From a virus (taxonomy: Duplodnaviria > Heunggongvirae > Uroviricota > Caudoviricetes): 64,000 nucleotides of DNA. Location: IMG/VR virus record IMGVR_UViG_3300028534_000514, positions 1-64,000 of that record. One strand, written 5' to 3'. A program made the translations under genes and the position numbers. Below are positions 1 through 8,920 of the stretch, one piece after another. Each line of letters begins with the position of its first letter. Position 1 is the stretch's first letter. Below the pieces are notes generated by a model. The model ran no database searches, was not told the DNA's origin, and saw only the letters and a list, made by a program, of their open reading frames with translations.

Positions 1-644
1 AAAGGGTGTCTCTTTTCCGTAGATGACATCGACACACGCTTTTGCCGAGGGGATAACTGCATCGAGAATCTCCTGTGGTGCAGGAAGACTTTCATCTTCG
101 AGTCCTGCAGAGGTCATGTTGATGATCAGATCGTAAGCTTCAGGTTTGAATGTATCGAATGTGGCTGTTTGAAACCCTTCCTGTACAAACCTCTCCAACC
201 TTCCGGCACTACGGTTGAGGATGGTCACTGCATAGCCTGCCTCTTTGAGAATGACAGAGGTGGACTGTGCCGTACCGCCAGCACCCAGAAAGAGAACCTT
301 TTTCCCTTCCAATTCATTTACTGCCTTGAGAAAACCAGGTGCATCGGTATTGTACCCGTAGAGTTTACCGTCTCTTTCAACAATGGTATTGACTGCACCG
401 ACCTTCTGTGCAAACGGGCCAAGCACATCACACGCTTCAAATGCTGCCTCTTTGTGCGGTACGGTGATGTTGATACCTTTGAGCTTCAGATTGAAAAAGG
501 TCTCTTTGAGTCTTTCCCCGTCTTCAAGCTTGTAGCGGTTGTAGCAGCCGTCAAACCTAAGCCCTTTAAAGGCAAGGTTGTGCATGAGCGGTGATTTGGA
601 GTGGGATACGGGGTTTCCGAAGATCGAAAAGAGGTATTTTGGTT
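1..644 (-). CDS. aroE: shikimate dehydrogenase (AroE), 3'-truncated by window edge
   Basis: Reverse-strand translation from ATG at 642-644 gives MGLQPKYLFSIFGNPVSHSKSPLMHNLAFKGL...NTIVERDGKLYGYNTDAPGF...LFLGAGGTAQS, the classic AroE SxS/K..N..D and GAGG NADP motifs. ~47% GC versus ~30% for the rest of the window. Not in the ORF track because it runs off the window end. Confidence 0.8.
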
Positions 645-657
645 GTAACCCCATTTT

Positions 658-903
658 TTATCCTTTTTTTAATTTTTTCCAAGAGATAAATCTTATTTTC
701 GGATCATCGATTTCTGGACCATTAAATAAAATTCCGTCTTCGATAATTTGAAAAGAATTATATTCCTTTAGACTTTCGCGCGACTGTTTATACGTTTCGA
801 TCATCTGAAATAACGCATTTTCTTTTTCAGAAAGGGTAGCTGTTAACTCTTGGATACCAGCTTTCGTTTCTTCGATTTCTCTATATAGACGCTTAGGATT
901 CAT
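658..903 (-). CDS. hypothetical protein (81 aa)
   Basis: ORF track. Tightly spaced after aroE. No recognisable motif. Confidence 0.4.
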   Translation of the reverse strand: MNPKRLYREIEETKAGIQELTATLSEKENALFQMIETYKQSRESLKEYNSFQIIEDGILFNGPEIDDPKIRFISWKKLKKG

Positions 904-920
904 TTTTTATCCTTTTATAT

Positions 921-1868
921 TTATTTTTTAGTGACCGTTGGTATTGTAACCAAAGGTTGAGCATCACCGGTCATCATAACTTTTGGTTTTACACCATCCC
1001 ATCGATCGATTTCCGCTTTATCGTTTTCAAGTTTTTTATAAGCAAGAACCTCTGGTGTTAGTGACTCAGAAATTTTGCGGTTAGCTGTTGCAATAGCAGT
1101 CGCTTCAATAATACGGGCATCAGCAATACCCTGTGCATTTACACGTTTGGCTTCCGCCTCACCTTTCTCTTTTGCAACACGCTGTTTAGCCTCAGCCTCT
1201 GTCTTTTTAATCTCTAGCTCTTTACGAGCAACTTCTTCATTCATTTGCTGTTTCTTCATGATCGATTGTTTTAACTGATGAGGAATATAAATTGCTTGGA
1301 TACTCGCAGTGGTAACGTTTACACAACCTTCGCCGAAAATATTACTAAATTGCTGATTAAGATGTTCTTTAATCTTTGCACCATACATATCCCGTTTTTC
1401 ATTAAGATCATACACTGTAGCCGTTCCAATAACTCCACGTGCAACCGAACGAACTTTAGGAACTACAATTTTTTCATCCCAAATCATATCAAGACCGTAT
1501 TTTTTACGCATATCTGGTGCACAACTTCTCGCAAGGCTATAGTTAAGAACCATATCGAGTGGCACTTCCATGCTTTCTTTTGTAAGGATAGTAAGGTGCG
1601 TATCATAGATAATTTCATTACTATCTTCTAGCCTCGCAGTTTTATTATTCATAATTAGTGCGCGAACTTTGATATTATAGATATCCAAGTCTGCCAAAGG
1701 ATTAACACTAAAATGAAATCCTTCTGCAAGTGGCTCACTGGCTACCGAACCGTTTACTACTTCAACCCCGGCTTCTCCACTATCGACAGTGTTCATATAA
1801 CACCCCTGCATTGCGAATGTTGCGACCAGACCCACGATTACCATTTTCATTGTTTTCATTGCTTTCAT
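921..1868 (-). CDS. SPFH/band-7 (prohibitin/HflC-like) domain protein, probable lipoprotein
   Basis: 315 aa. N-terminal signal ending AMQGC. Central SPFH-like region followed by a long charged coiled coil (EEVARKELEIKKTEAEAKQRVAKEKGEAEAKRV), the typical band-7 architecture. Confidence 0.7.
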   Translation of the reverse strand: MKAMKTMKMVIVGLVATFAMQGCYMNTVDSGEAGVEVVNGSVASEPLAEGFHFSVNPLADLDIYNIKVRALIMNNKTARLEDSNEIIYDTHLTILTKESMEVPLDMVLNYSLARSCAPDMRKKYGLDMIWDEKIVVPKVRSVARGVIGTATVYDLNEKRDMYGAKIKEHLNQQFSNIFGEGCVNVTTASIQAIYIPHQLKQSIMKKQQMNEEVARKELEIKKTEAEAKQRVAKEKGEAEAKRVNAQGIADARIIEATAIATANRKISESLTPEVLAYKKLENDKAEIDRWDGVKPKVMMTGDAQPLVTIPTVTKK

Positions 1869-1903
1869 TGTTTTTCCTTTATATTTTTAATTTTTATTTT
1901 GCT

Positions 1904-2125
1904 TTAGTTACTTTTATTGTTTCCGCCGAAACGAAAAAACCACTGTTTTGTCTTTACCCACACGTGTTTTTGTACATTGAACATTGCATCCGCCAGCTGA
2001 TTTAGATTCAGCTGTTGAGCAATAAATCCGATAATAAATGTTGCGAAAACTATCATCATCATTGCACTGAAAAGCATCACTATCCCTAGCATTATCGCTG
2101 CTATCAATTTATATAAAATTTGCAT
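1904..2125 (-). CDS. small membrane protein (73 aa, 2 TM)
   Basis: ORF track. Two hydrophobic helices. Confidence 0.4.
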   Translation of the reverse strand: MQILYKLIAAIMLGIVMLFSAMMMIVFATFIIGFIAQQLNLNQLADAMFNVQKHVWVKTKQWFFRFGGNNKSN

Positions 2126-2163
2126 TATTGTTCCTTTTTGAGTTTTTGATTTTTATAATAAAA

Positions 2164-2550
2164 TCACCAATCTATATCAATACCATATTCTCCTTTTTCG
2201 AGAAGTCCTCGTTTATATAAATTATCTAGGATCATAGAAACGTCTGGATAAAAATTTCTATGCCAGAATAGTTTTGTCTTCCAACTAGTATTAAAATTCT
2301 CGTCGAATTTATTGGATGGAGTGTTTCTCCAAGTTTCGAAAGAAACACCCATAATATTACCATTGAGCTCTACTGGTATTTCTGTTCTATCTATATCTTC
2401 GAGATCAGTAACCGGAATTGTAAAATAGAAAATCCCTCTATCCTTACAACCATCTTGTTGCTGGAAGGAATATGGTTTACCATACGTTTCCTTCACCAAT
2501 TTATCAAATTCTTGAACATCTACTATTGAAACCTGTTTTTTTCTCATCAT
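2164..2550 (-). CDS. hypothetical protein (128 aa)
   Basis: ORF track. Upstream context aataatgatgagaaaa. No motif. Confidence 0.45.
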   Translation of the reverse strand: MMRKKQVSIVDVQEFDKLVKETYGKPYSFQQQDGCKDRGIFYFTIPVTDLEDIDRTEIPVELNGNIMGVSFETWRNTPSNKFDENFNTSWKTKLFWHRNFYPDVSMILDNLYKRGLLEKGEYGIDIDW

Positions 2551-2557
2551 TATCCTT

Positions 2558-2695
2558 TTATTTGAAAAGCATAATAATAATTAGGAGCAACAACGATATC
2601 GCGCCGAACTGAACCATAGTTTCCTGGAATGGCGACAATGATTCTGGATCCAAATTAGTAAAGGTTTCGATTGTCCATCTTGCAAAATCGGTCAT
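2558..2695 (-). CDS. small protein with C-terminal TM helix (45 aa), not in ORF track
   Basis: Hand translation MTDFARWTIETFTNLDPESLSPFQETMVQFGAISLLLLIIIMLFK. Fills the gap between flanking genes. Below the track's 60-aa cutoff. Confidence 0.3.
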   Translation of the reverse strand: MTDFARWTIETFTNLDPESLSPFQETMVQFGAISLLLLIIIMLFK

Positions 2696-2737
2696 TTTTC
2701 ACCCGCTTTGTATTTACTTTCATCCATTTTTTATCCT

Positions 2738-2974
2738 TTATTCTAAGCTCTTCAAGCTTTCGATATATACTTTACAATTCTTAACCCAGATTGTTTGAAT
2801 TGATAATGAGCCAGGTCTAACAGGGCATTCTTCAAGGCCAGCCCTCGCTTTCTCGATATCCGCTTTTTCTTCATACGATGAAACTACCGCAACAGCACCA
2901 AAAGTGCATATCATAAAAAGCCCCAACCCTATGGAAATTAATCCTTTTTCATTTTTAGCAATTTTTTCAAACAT
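2738..2974 (-). CDS. small secreted/membrane protein (78 aa)
   Basis: N-terminal hydrophobic segment MFEKIAKNEKGLISIGLGLFMICTFGAVAVV. Confidence 0.35.
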   Translation of the reverse strand: MFEKIAKNEKGLISIGLGLFMICTFGAVAVVSSYEEKADIEKARAGLEECPVRPGSLSIQTIWVKNCKVYIESLKSLE

Positions 2975-2998
2975 TTTTTCTCCTTGTTGGTTTGGTTA

Positions 2999-3109
2999 TT
3001 AATCACGAAATAAAACCTGGATTAAGAAACCTATGAAAATTGAGGTTGCTACTCCATCTAACCCATTTGCAATCGCAGTTGCAATTATTTTTGCACTTTC
3101 CACCTCCAT
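2999..3109 (-). CDS. very small membrane peptide (36 aa), not in ORF track
   Basis: SD aaggataaataATG. Translation MEVESAKIIATAIANGLDGVATSIFIGFLIQVLFRD, a single hydrophobic hairpin. Confidence 0.3.
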   Translation of the reverse strand: MEVESAKIIATAIANGLDGVATSIFIGFLIQVLFRD

Positions 3110-3120
3110 TATTTATCCTT

Positions 3121-3354
3121 CTAAATTTTTTCTATTGAGTATGAACTCCATACAATCTTTTTTTGTCCGAGATGAAAGGTAATGCCTCCATAATTACTTT
3201 CAAAGTATTTATCGTCTTGCAAAATATGGCATTCGCCCGTGTTTACATTGCATATCTCGTAAGATGCTTCTATTTTTTTGGTATGGCGCTCATTATCATA
3301 ATATATAAATGAACCCAGTATTACAATTATCATTAAGAAAAAGATGTGTCTCAT
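3121..3354 (-). CDS. small membrane-anchored protein (77 aa)
   Basis: ORF track. N-terminal TM MRHIFFLMIIVILGSFIYY. Confidence 0.4.
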   Translation of the reverse strand: MRHIFFLMIIVILGSFIYYDNERHTKKIEASYEICNVNTGECHILQDDKYFESNYGGITFHLGQKKIVWSSYSIEKI

Positions 3355-3356
3355 TT

Positions 3357-3785
3357 TTACTCCTCGTTTTCTTCGATAAATGTTTGAAGATTTGCTACAA
3401 TATACTTTGCTTCTTTTACCGAGATTTGAATCCCAGTATCTTCATATCCCGTATCTCCTGCGATTAAAGCATAGAATTTACCATCAGATCCGATTGTAAA
3501 TCCATATCCTTTCTTAAGAGCTTCACAGTTAATACCATTGATTTTTTCGACTTCGATCCAACCGCGGCCTCCTCCATCATCCCATCGATCAGCCCATGGT
3601 TTTTTGATTTCTTCGACGATTTCAGGGATCGTAATTCCTCTTTCAAATAAATCTTCAGGATATTCCACCTCCCATTCGTCAAGAGTCTCTTTGATCTGCA
3701 TTTCATTGGTGACCGTTTCTGTTTGGGTACCATCTCGCAGTAGCTCATAACCACCAATATGATTCATTTTGATTCTGTATTCCAT
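3357..3785 (-). CDS. hypothetical protein (142 aa)
   Basis: ORF track. Stop/start juxtaposed with neighbours (operon-like). Confidence 0.5.
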   Translation of the reverse strand: MEYRIKMNHIGGYELLRDGTQTETVTNEMQIKETLDEWEVEYPEDLFERGITIPEIVEEIKKPWADRWDDGGGRGWIEVEKINGINCEALKKGYGFTIGSDGKFYALIAGDTGYEDTGIQISVKEAKYIVANLQTFIEENEE

Positions 3786-3804
3786 TTCTAATTTCCTTTA
3801 TTTT

Positions 3805-4155
3805 TTAAAGTTTAAATTGTTTAATTATAGTTCCTTTCGGAATTTCTAAAATTCTTTTGGGTTCATTCTCCAAACATTCTTTTGCCTTTGGGTTCGACTT
3901 CAAGAATTTTTCCATAAAGAAGGATTGCGTACTGCATAATTGTTCCCAAAAAATTGCATGGTCTATATCCTTTTCAATTTTAATAGTATCCTCTGCAGGT
4001 ACAATATATTGTACATAACCACCATCTTTTTTTACTTCCCCTATATATACCCTATTAGTTTTAATCATCCCGGTACCAAGATAGAACTCACCACTAATGT
4101 CAGCTGAATGGCCGTTAAGAGCGTAGAGATGAGTCTGGGAATATTCCTTCATCAC
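3805..4155 (-). CDS. hypothetical protein (116 aa)
   Basis: ORF track. The start codon is likely GTG. Confidence 0.4.
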   Translation of the reverse strand: MMKEYSQTHLYALNGHSADISGEFYLGTGMIKTNRVYIGEVKKDGGYVQYIVPAEDTIKIEKDIDHAIFWEQLCSTQSFFMEKFLKSNPKAKECLENEPKRILEIPKGTIIKQFKL

Positions 4156-4258
4156 CTAAAGTTGTAAAAATGACGATCGCTATTATGCCAATAAGTATTA
4201 ACCCTGCGACCATAAAGTCCGAATAACCTAACATTTTTTCTCCTTAATATTAAAAGAT

Positions 4259-4531
4259 TTATTTGAATCTAATAGTTGTCGATCCAACTAATGTCTCACA
4301 AACCACACCCTTAACACGACTTCCGTTCTGACCATTCGCTATGAATTGTATTTGATAGAATTCGCCTTTATGACAAGTAAACCAATCTCGTTCGGGATTG
4401 GTTTCTATATTTTTATAGCCATTTGCCTCTAGAATTCTGAGTGCTTTGTCTTTTGACATTTGATAATTGAAAAATATGGTATATACCATAAAGCCCACTA
4501 ATCCCATCAATATTATATTTATAATACGCAT
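4259..4531 (-). CDS. small membrane-anchored protein (90 aa)
   Basis: N-terminal TM. Preceded by the conserved leader ATTAAAAACAGTAAAGG. Confidence 0.5.
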   Translation of the reverse strand: MRIINIILMGLVGFMVYTIFFNYQMSKDKALRILEANGYKNIETNPERDWFTCHKGEFYQIQFIANGQNGSRVKGVVCETLVGSTTIRFK

Positions 4532-4673
4532 TATTTAACCTTTACTGTTTTTAATTTTTAATATATGAACCGAGCAGCGGTATAATTGTGTGGTGCATCA
4601 GGCTTTCACCTCCCACAACAATAAGTTTCTTAAACTCTGTCGTCCGCCAACCGCCCAGTTCTAAGTTTAGTCC

Positions 4674-5174
4674 TTAATCCATTGTGTTATAGACAACCTC
4701 ACCATATTCTTCATCATCTCCTGCTTCATCTGAAACATAGATAATTTTGATTTTGGCGTTGAATGCTTCTGCGACATCTGTAACCAAACTAAGATGAGCA
4801 TCATAGTTATCATTAAAATAGGGATTACTGATAACTAAACCTTCTTTCTCTTCCGAATATTTAAAATCAAGATTTGACCCTTCATGCCCGGGAATAAAAG
4901 CAGTCTTTCTAAAGAGATCGACATACAATGCAGCCTCCTCGTCATACAAGGATTTTGTCGTAATTGTTACACCGTTGAAATCGATGGTTTTTTCTTTTGC
5001 ACCTTTTCTGAGAGCTTCAAGCTCTCGCAATTGTGCAACAGTCATTGTTTCATCATCTAGAATCTCAAGCTCTTTAATTCTAGCCTGCTCCTCTGGAGTA
5101 GTCGTTAAACGACTTAGTACAGAACCATCAATGATAATATCACCCTTGACTTTATAGGTTACCACGTAACTCAT
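4674..5174 (-). CDS. hypothetical protein (166 aa)
   Basis: ORF track. Confidence 0.5.
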   Translation of the reverse strand: MSYVVTYKVKGDIIIDGSVLSRLTTTPEEQARIKELEILDDETMTVAQLRELEALRKGAKEKTIDFNGVTITTKSLYDEEAALYVDLFRKTAFIPGHEGSNLDFKYSEEKEGLVISNPYFNDNYDAHLSLVTDVAEAFNAKIKIIYVSDEAGDDEEYGEVVYNTMD

Positions 5175-5473
5175 AGGAAAACCTCTCTTTTATTACCATC
5201 TTCATCGATAATATAGATATCTTCGATCCAGATTGTATGCAATTCGGCATTATCTGGATACCCAGAAGGTAAATCACAACTGTCGTAATTTTCATCACGA
5301 AGTTGCTCAATCAGTTCATCAGTGATATCCTCAGTTAAAAAGGTCGTCGTACTATAGACATAATCACCATCGTTCCAATCGCCTCCAATTTCTACATAAA
5401 GACCAACTTCCAAATGCTCAGCATTTTCACCAATCTTTACGTCGAGTTGTGCCATTTTTTCTTCGATTTTCAT
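5171..5473 (-). CDS. acidic hypothetical protein (100 aa)
   Basis: ORF track. 4-nt overlap with downstream gene. Confidence 0.45.
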   Translation of the reverse strand: MKIEEKMAQLDVKIGENAEHLEVGLYVEIGGDWNDGDYVYSTTTFLTEDITDELIEQLRDENYDSCDLPSGYPDNAELHTIWIEDIYIIDEDGNKREVFL

Positions 5474-5730
5474 AGTTTATCCTTTAATTGTTTTAGGGAT
5501 TCGGGTTCATCAATTTGCTTGATAATTTCAAATGGAAGATGTGGTTCGTAGTTATCGATCACATTAACCTTTCCATTACTTTTATACGGAATTTTCTCGG
5601 TGCTAGATATTTCCATAATGTGTCCATGTAAAATATGGACATTATTCGCAGCTAGCACCTTCTCCTGAGGTGGAAAATAAACGATATATCCACCTCTGGT
5701 TTCATACCACGAATTTTCCTGGATAGTCAT
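5470..5730 (-). CDS. hypothetical protein (86 aa)
   Basis: ORF track. Overlapping stop/start. Confidence 0.45.
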   Translation of the reverse strand: MTIQENSWYETRGGYIVYFPPQEKVLAANNVHILHGHIMEISSTEKIPYKSNGKVNVIDNYEPHLPFEIIKQIDEPESLKQLKDKL

Positions 5731-5978
5731 TATTGTCCTCCTTTCGTATCTTTGGTTTCTTTCAATTCGTAGTATGACACTTCGCCATACATATCCTCCA
5801 TTTTTTTGCTACTTGGAACAACAGATATTTCTCTAATATCCAAACTTCCCGGCATATTAATTTTACCGATGAGTTCGTGCCATCTTTTCATAGCATCTGC
5901 ACGATCTTCGTAGAACCCGAATTCGGCCACTTCATGACCGAGGGCATCTAAAAATCGGACTTTATAAATTTTTTTCAT
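5730..5978 (-). CDS. hypothetical protein (82 aa)
   Basis: ORF track. Confidence 0.45.
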   Translation of the reverse strand: MKKIYKVRFLDALGHEVAEFGFYEDRADAMKRWHELIGKINMPGSLDIREISVVPSSKKMEDMYGEVSYYELKETKDTKGGQ

Positions 5979-6339
5979 CTATATCTCCTTTACGATTTTT
6001 AACTTTTAAATATCTCTTAGCAATTTCATGAGCTTTATAGAAGTCATCCGTCGCGAATCTTTCAATCACATCTTCGAAGTTTTCCCCGCTATTCTTATAC
6101 CCTTTATCATAAACAACCAGGAGATATTTTTTGAAATCTTCTGAAGTTTGACCAATAATTGCTTCTATTCCTTCTTTAGGAAGAGTCCACTCAACCCAAT
6201 CGGCTCGGCTTTCAATTAAAAGAGGCCGGCCGCGTATAACCCATCTTTCGCCTTCCGGTGATTTATAGGTCACCTCATACAGTCGATCATTACAATCAAC
6301 TATGTCGCCGATCTTAATTTTATAGTAATTAACCACCAC
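5962..6339 (-). CDS. hypothetical protein (125 aa)
   Basis: ORF track. Confidence 0.45.
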   Translation of the reverse strand: MVVNYYKIKIGDIVDCNDRLYEVTYKSPEGERWVIRGRPLLIESRADWVEWTLPKEGIEAIIGQTSEDFKKYLLVVYDKGYKNSGENFEDVIERFATDDFYKAHEIAKRYLKVKNRKGDIDEKNL

Positions 6340-6353
6340 TGATCCTTTAATAC

Positions 6354-6611
6354 TTAATTACTATTAGCGGCAATCTCAACACCTTTGCCTTCATCCAATT
6401 TCCGCAGAATTTCGTCTATCATACCTGAAGATAGTCCAAGGCTGGTTAGACGCTCTTTTGAAAAAGTATAAGTTAAATGATTTGAAAATCTCTCAAGCGA
6501 GTGTTTTAGTTTAACGTAGGGTTTTTTGTAAGAATCCAGTGCTCCTATTACGATTCGTGAATCCTCTAAAACAAGCACATAGTCCCCTGTATTTAATTGA
6601 TCTAGTTCCAT
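6354..6611 (-). CDS. hypothetical protein (85 aa)
   Basis: Preceded by conserved leader ATTAAAAACAGTAAAGGaaaaaatATG. Confidence 0.5.
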   Translation of the reverse strand: MELDQLNTGDYVLVLEDSRIVIGALDSYKKPYVKLKHSLERFSNHLTYTFSKERLTSLGLSSGMIDEILRKLDEGKGVEIAANSN

Positions 6612-6639
6612 ATTTTTTCCTTTACTGTTTTTAATGTTT

Positions 6640-7101
6640 TTAAACTTTTAGAGTCGAAACAGATCTTATAAAATAAATCTTTTCGTCGTACTCCCAAACT
6701 GATTTGCCATTATTTGGAAACGAACCTCGCTCCAACCCATCTGGAGTCGCTGTCCAAATTTCATCTTCTGTGACCCCTTCAATTATATGGAAGGAATCTC
6801 TTGTCATTTTTTGATCATTTTTTAGCAAACATCCCAAAATAAATCCAATTTTATTTATGGAATCCTTTTCAAATTTAGGTATATCTCCTATATCAAGTTG
6901 TTCTACATCGAAGTCGATATCGATTTGATCCTTGCCCAAAAACCAACCCTCGGTTGAAGGTATATCCTCCATATAAAAATGAAGAGGGATTTCTTCTCCA
7001 ACCATCTCGTGCTGAGGGTGCTTTCTAATTGCTCTTGAAAAGCATACTTTTTGTGTGTCCTTATCCGTAATTTTATAAATGCTACCTACTACAACTTTCA
7101 T
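6640..7101 (-). CDS. hypothetical protein (153 aa)
   Basis: ORF track. Confidence 0.5.
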   Translation of the reverse strand: MKVVVGSIYKITDKDTQKVCFSRAIRKHPQHEMVGEEIPLHFYMEDIPSTEGWFLGKDQIDIDFDVEQLDIGDIPKFEKDSINKIGFILGCLLKNDQKMTRDSFHIIEGVTEDEIWTATPDGLERGSFPNNGKSVWEYDEKIYFIRSVSTLKV

Positions 7102-7121
7102 AATTTCTCCTTATCTAATTT

Positions 7122-7694
7122 TTACCATGAATTCCATACACGAACCCAATTCTTTTTTTTATCGTGAGATAAATGTATAAAAATATTCCTCCAAATTCTC
7201 TGGAGAACTTTTTCGAAAGGGGTTGGTTTTCTACCGATCTTTTTTTCTATATATTCCCAATCAAGGCCAATATAAATACTATTACCCTGATCATTACACA
7301 TTTGGTGGCGGAATAGTTTATATTGAAATTCTGACCAAAAGTCATCGTGAACTACTGCCGTAATTTGTACACCGTCGTAAAGCATAGGCACTGAACATTC
7401 TTTAAAGTTTTCGAATGCCTCCGAATAGTGTCGGCGATCACACGCCAGTATTCGATCAAAAAGTTTAGACATTTCACCGAAATCATAGCGGGTTAAATTA
7501 TCACTTACACGCCTTGACCAAATACGATTATTTTTGTCATATTTGCTTATTGATTTATATGAAAGATCTAATTTGGTTATTAGATCTGGCTGTTGGAAAA
7601 CTCCATTCATATCATGATAACCGGGGCGCAACTTATTGGCGTACGCCAACTGATGAATCCTACTGATCGGTTTCATCTTCGCTATAATTTTCAT
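7122..7694 (-). CDS. hypothetical protein (~190 aa; start revised to MKIIAKMKP)
   Basis: The track ORF extends to 7748. The conserved leader ATTAAAAACAGTAAAGGagattaatATG places the real start at 7694. Confidence 0.5.
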   Translation of the reverse strand: MKIIAKMKPISRIHQLAYANKLRPGYHDMNGVFQQPDLITKLDLSYKSISKYDKNNRIWSRRVSDNLTRYDFGEMSKLFDRILACDRRHYSEAFENFKECSVPMLYDGVQITAVVHDDFWSEFQYKLFRHQMCNDQGNSIYIGLDWEYIEKKIGRKPTPFEKVLQRIWRNIFIHLSHDKKKNWVRVWNSW

Positions 7695-7749
7695 ATTAAT
7701 CTCCTTTACTGTTTTTAATCTGACACAGAGACGTAAAATAATTTCCACA

Positions 7750-8076
7750 GGAAATTACCCATGAACCTTTGGTTCATGGGTTGCTAAAAGCAATTTTACG
7801 TGAGGAAAATATGTCGCTCAACTATCCTTAGATAATTCAGTGACATATTTTGGTTTGTGTTTCTGTTTTCTAGAGTATATTTTTTTACTCTTGATTGTTT
7901 TAGTCTTTAACGATATTTCACGCTTAATAGACAACTCTATGTTTCTGTCTCTAGCTTTTGGCTTTTGTTTTCGTTTGCGTGCCATTGTTCGCTCCTGTAA
8001 TTAATATCGCGGGAGTAATCCCGCGTCAGCTCCGTATCGATAATCATTTCCTTAAAGTTGTTAACTGACCATGTCT
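7750..8076. other. structured non-coding region downstream of the GIY-YIG gene
   Basis: No credible ORF. GC-richer than surroundings. Several stable hairpins (cccatgaacctttggttcatggg; cgcgggagtaatcccgcg; tttccacaggaaa). Confidence 0.35.
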
Positions 8077-8733
8077 TTAAGGCGCATTGGTTTCCTTTTT
8101 TAAAATTCGTCCTCGTTTCCAACCTTTTGGGATTGATGTATCTTTTTTTATTTTTCTATTTTCGGAGCCGTTTGTTATCCATATTGTGCCATATTGAGAA
8201 TTTTTGGGACCTTTAGAGTGATTTATTTTTTTAAAAGTTTCTTTTTGTTTCCGCAACGATTCTTCAGAATGCTTCCAATTTGGATGAAGTTCTTGCTTTC
8301 TTCTTTGACCTTTTTGTCCATTTTTTCTTAATTCCTTTTTGGACAGTCCGATTACACCCAATTTCTTTTCAACACAAATTAACCCACCCTTACGAGATTT
8401 TTCTCGATATTCTTCAGTAATAGTCGGTTTCCAAGTTCGCTTTAAAGAATTAATAAAATCAAAACCCCCATGTCCTCCCAGTTTTATATTATAATTATTT
8501 TTATCTTTGATATGATCCTCGTCAACCAACATACGTTCAATCCAATACGTTATCTCTTTTGAGCGTCCTACAAAAATAGGTAATTTATAGAAATTTTCTC
8601 TTCCATATTTATTTAAGGCCCTTTGAAAATAAGTACCTGAACCCAAGTACTCATCGTCAAAAGACCCTTTATGCACACCTATGTATGTTTTATTATTAAC
8701 TAAATTAGTTGTCTCATAAACATACCAATGCAT
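8077..8733 (-). CDS. GIY-YIG homing endonuclease (T4 Seg-like) with C-terminal NUMOD-like DNA-binding region
   Basis: N-terminus HWYVYETTNLVNNKTYIGVHKGS...YLGSG is a textbook GIY-(10-11)-YIG motif. C-terminus is basic (KKDTSIPKGWKRGR). Confidence 0.8.
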   Translation of the reverse strand: MHWYVYETTNLVNNKTYIGVHKGSFDDEYLGSGTYFQRALNKYGRENFYKLPIFVGRSKEITYWIERMLVDEDHIKDKNNYNIKLGGHGGFDFINSLKRTWKPTITEEYREKSRKGGLICVEKKLGVIGLSKKELRKNGQKGQRRKQELHPNWKHSEESLRKQKETFKKINHSKGPKNSQYGTIWITNGSENRKIKKDTSIPKGWKRGRILKKETNAP

Positions 8734-8755
8734 AATTAATTCCTTTATTTTTTGG

Positions 8756-8841
8756 TGGTCTCGCGAGGGGGATTTGAACCCCCAATCCCTTACGGGCGAA
8801 AGATTTTAAATCTTTTGTGTATACCGTTCCACCACCGCGAG
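8756..8841 (-). tRNA. tRNA-Leu (anticodon UAA), type II, CCA encoded
   Basis: Reverse strand reads CTCGCGG...anticodon loop cuUUAAaau...variable arm...GGGGGTTCAAATCCCCC-TCGCGAG-A-CCA. Acceptor stem pairs with one G-U. Confidence 0.7.
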
Positions 8842-8864
8842 TTTTAATAAAAAATTTATATAAT

Positions 8865-8914
8865 TCCTAAATATTAAACTGTTTGTTAAGTGTCTACCAT
8901 TCCACCACCGCGGC
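8865..8914 (-). pseudogene. tRNA 5'-half remnant (diverged duplicate of the tRNA-Leu 5' half)
   Basis: Reverse strand GCCGCGGTGGTGGAATGGTAGACAC matches acceptor + D-arm of the adjacent tRNA-Leu (CTCGCGGTGGTGGAACGGTATACAC). No intact anticodon or T arm follows. Confidence 0.4.
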
Positions 8915-8920
8915 TTAAAT

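Noticed and set aside
169-594. 141-aa plus-strand ORF
   Set aside because: It is the antisense frame of the well-supported aroE coding sequence on the minus strand. No SD, no similarity.
1075-2005. Plus-strand ORFs (67, 117, 64, 91 aa) inside or overlapping the SPFH gene
   Set aside because: Antisense to a gene with clear domain evidence. Low-complexity, Cys/Phe-rich translations typical of spurious frames.
7937-8122. 61-aa minus-strand ORF overlapping the 3' end of the GIY-YIG gene
   Set aside because: Overlaps the HEG in another frame and runs through the direct repeat. No start context.
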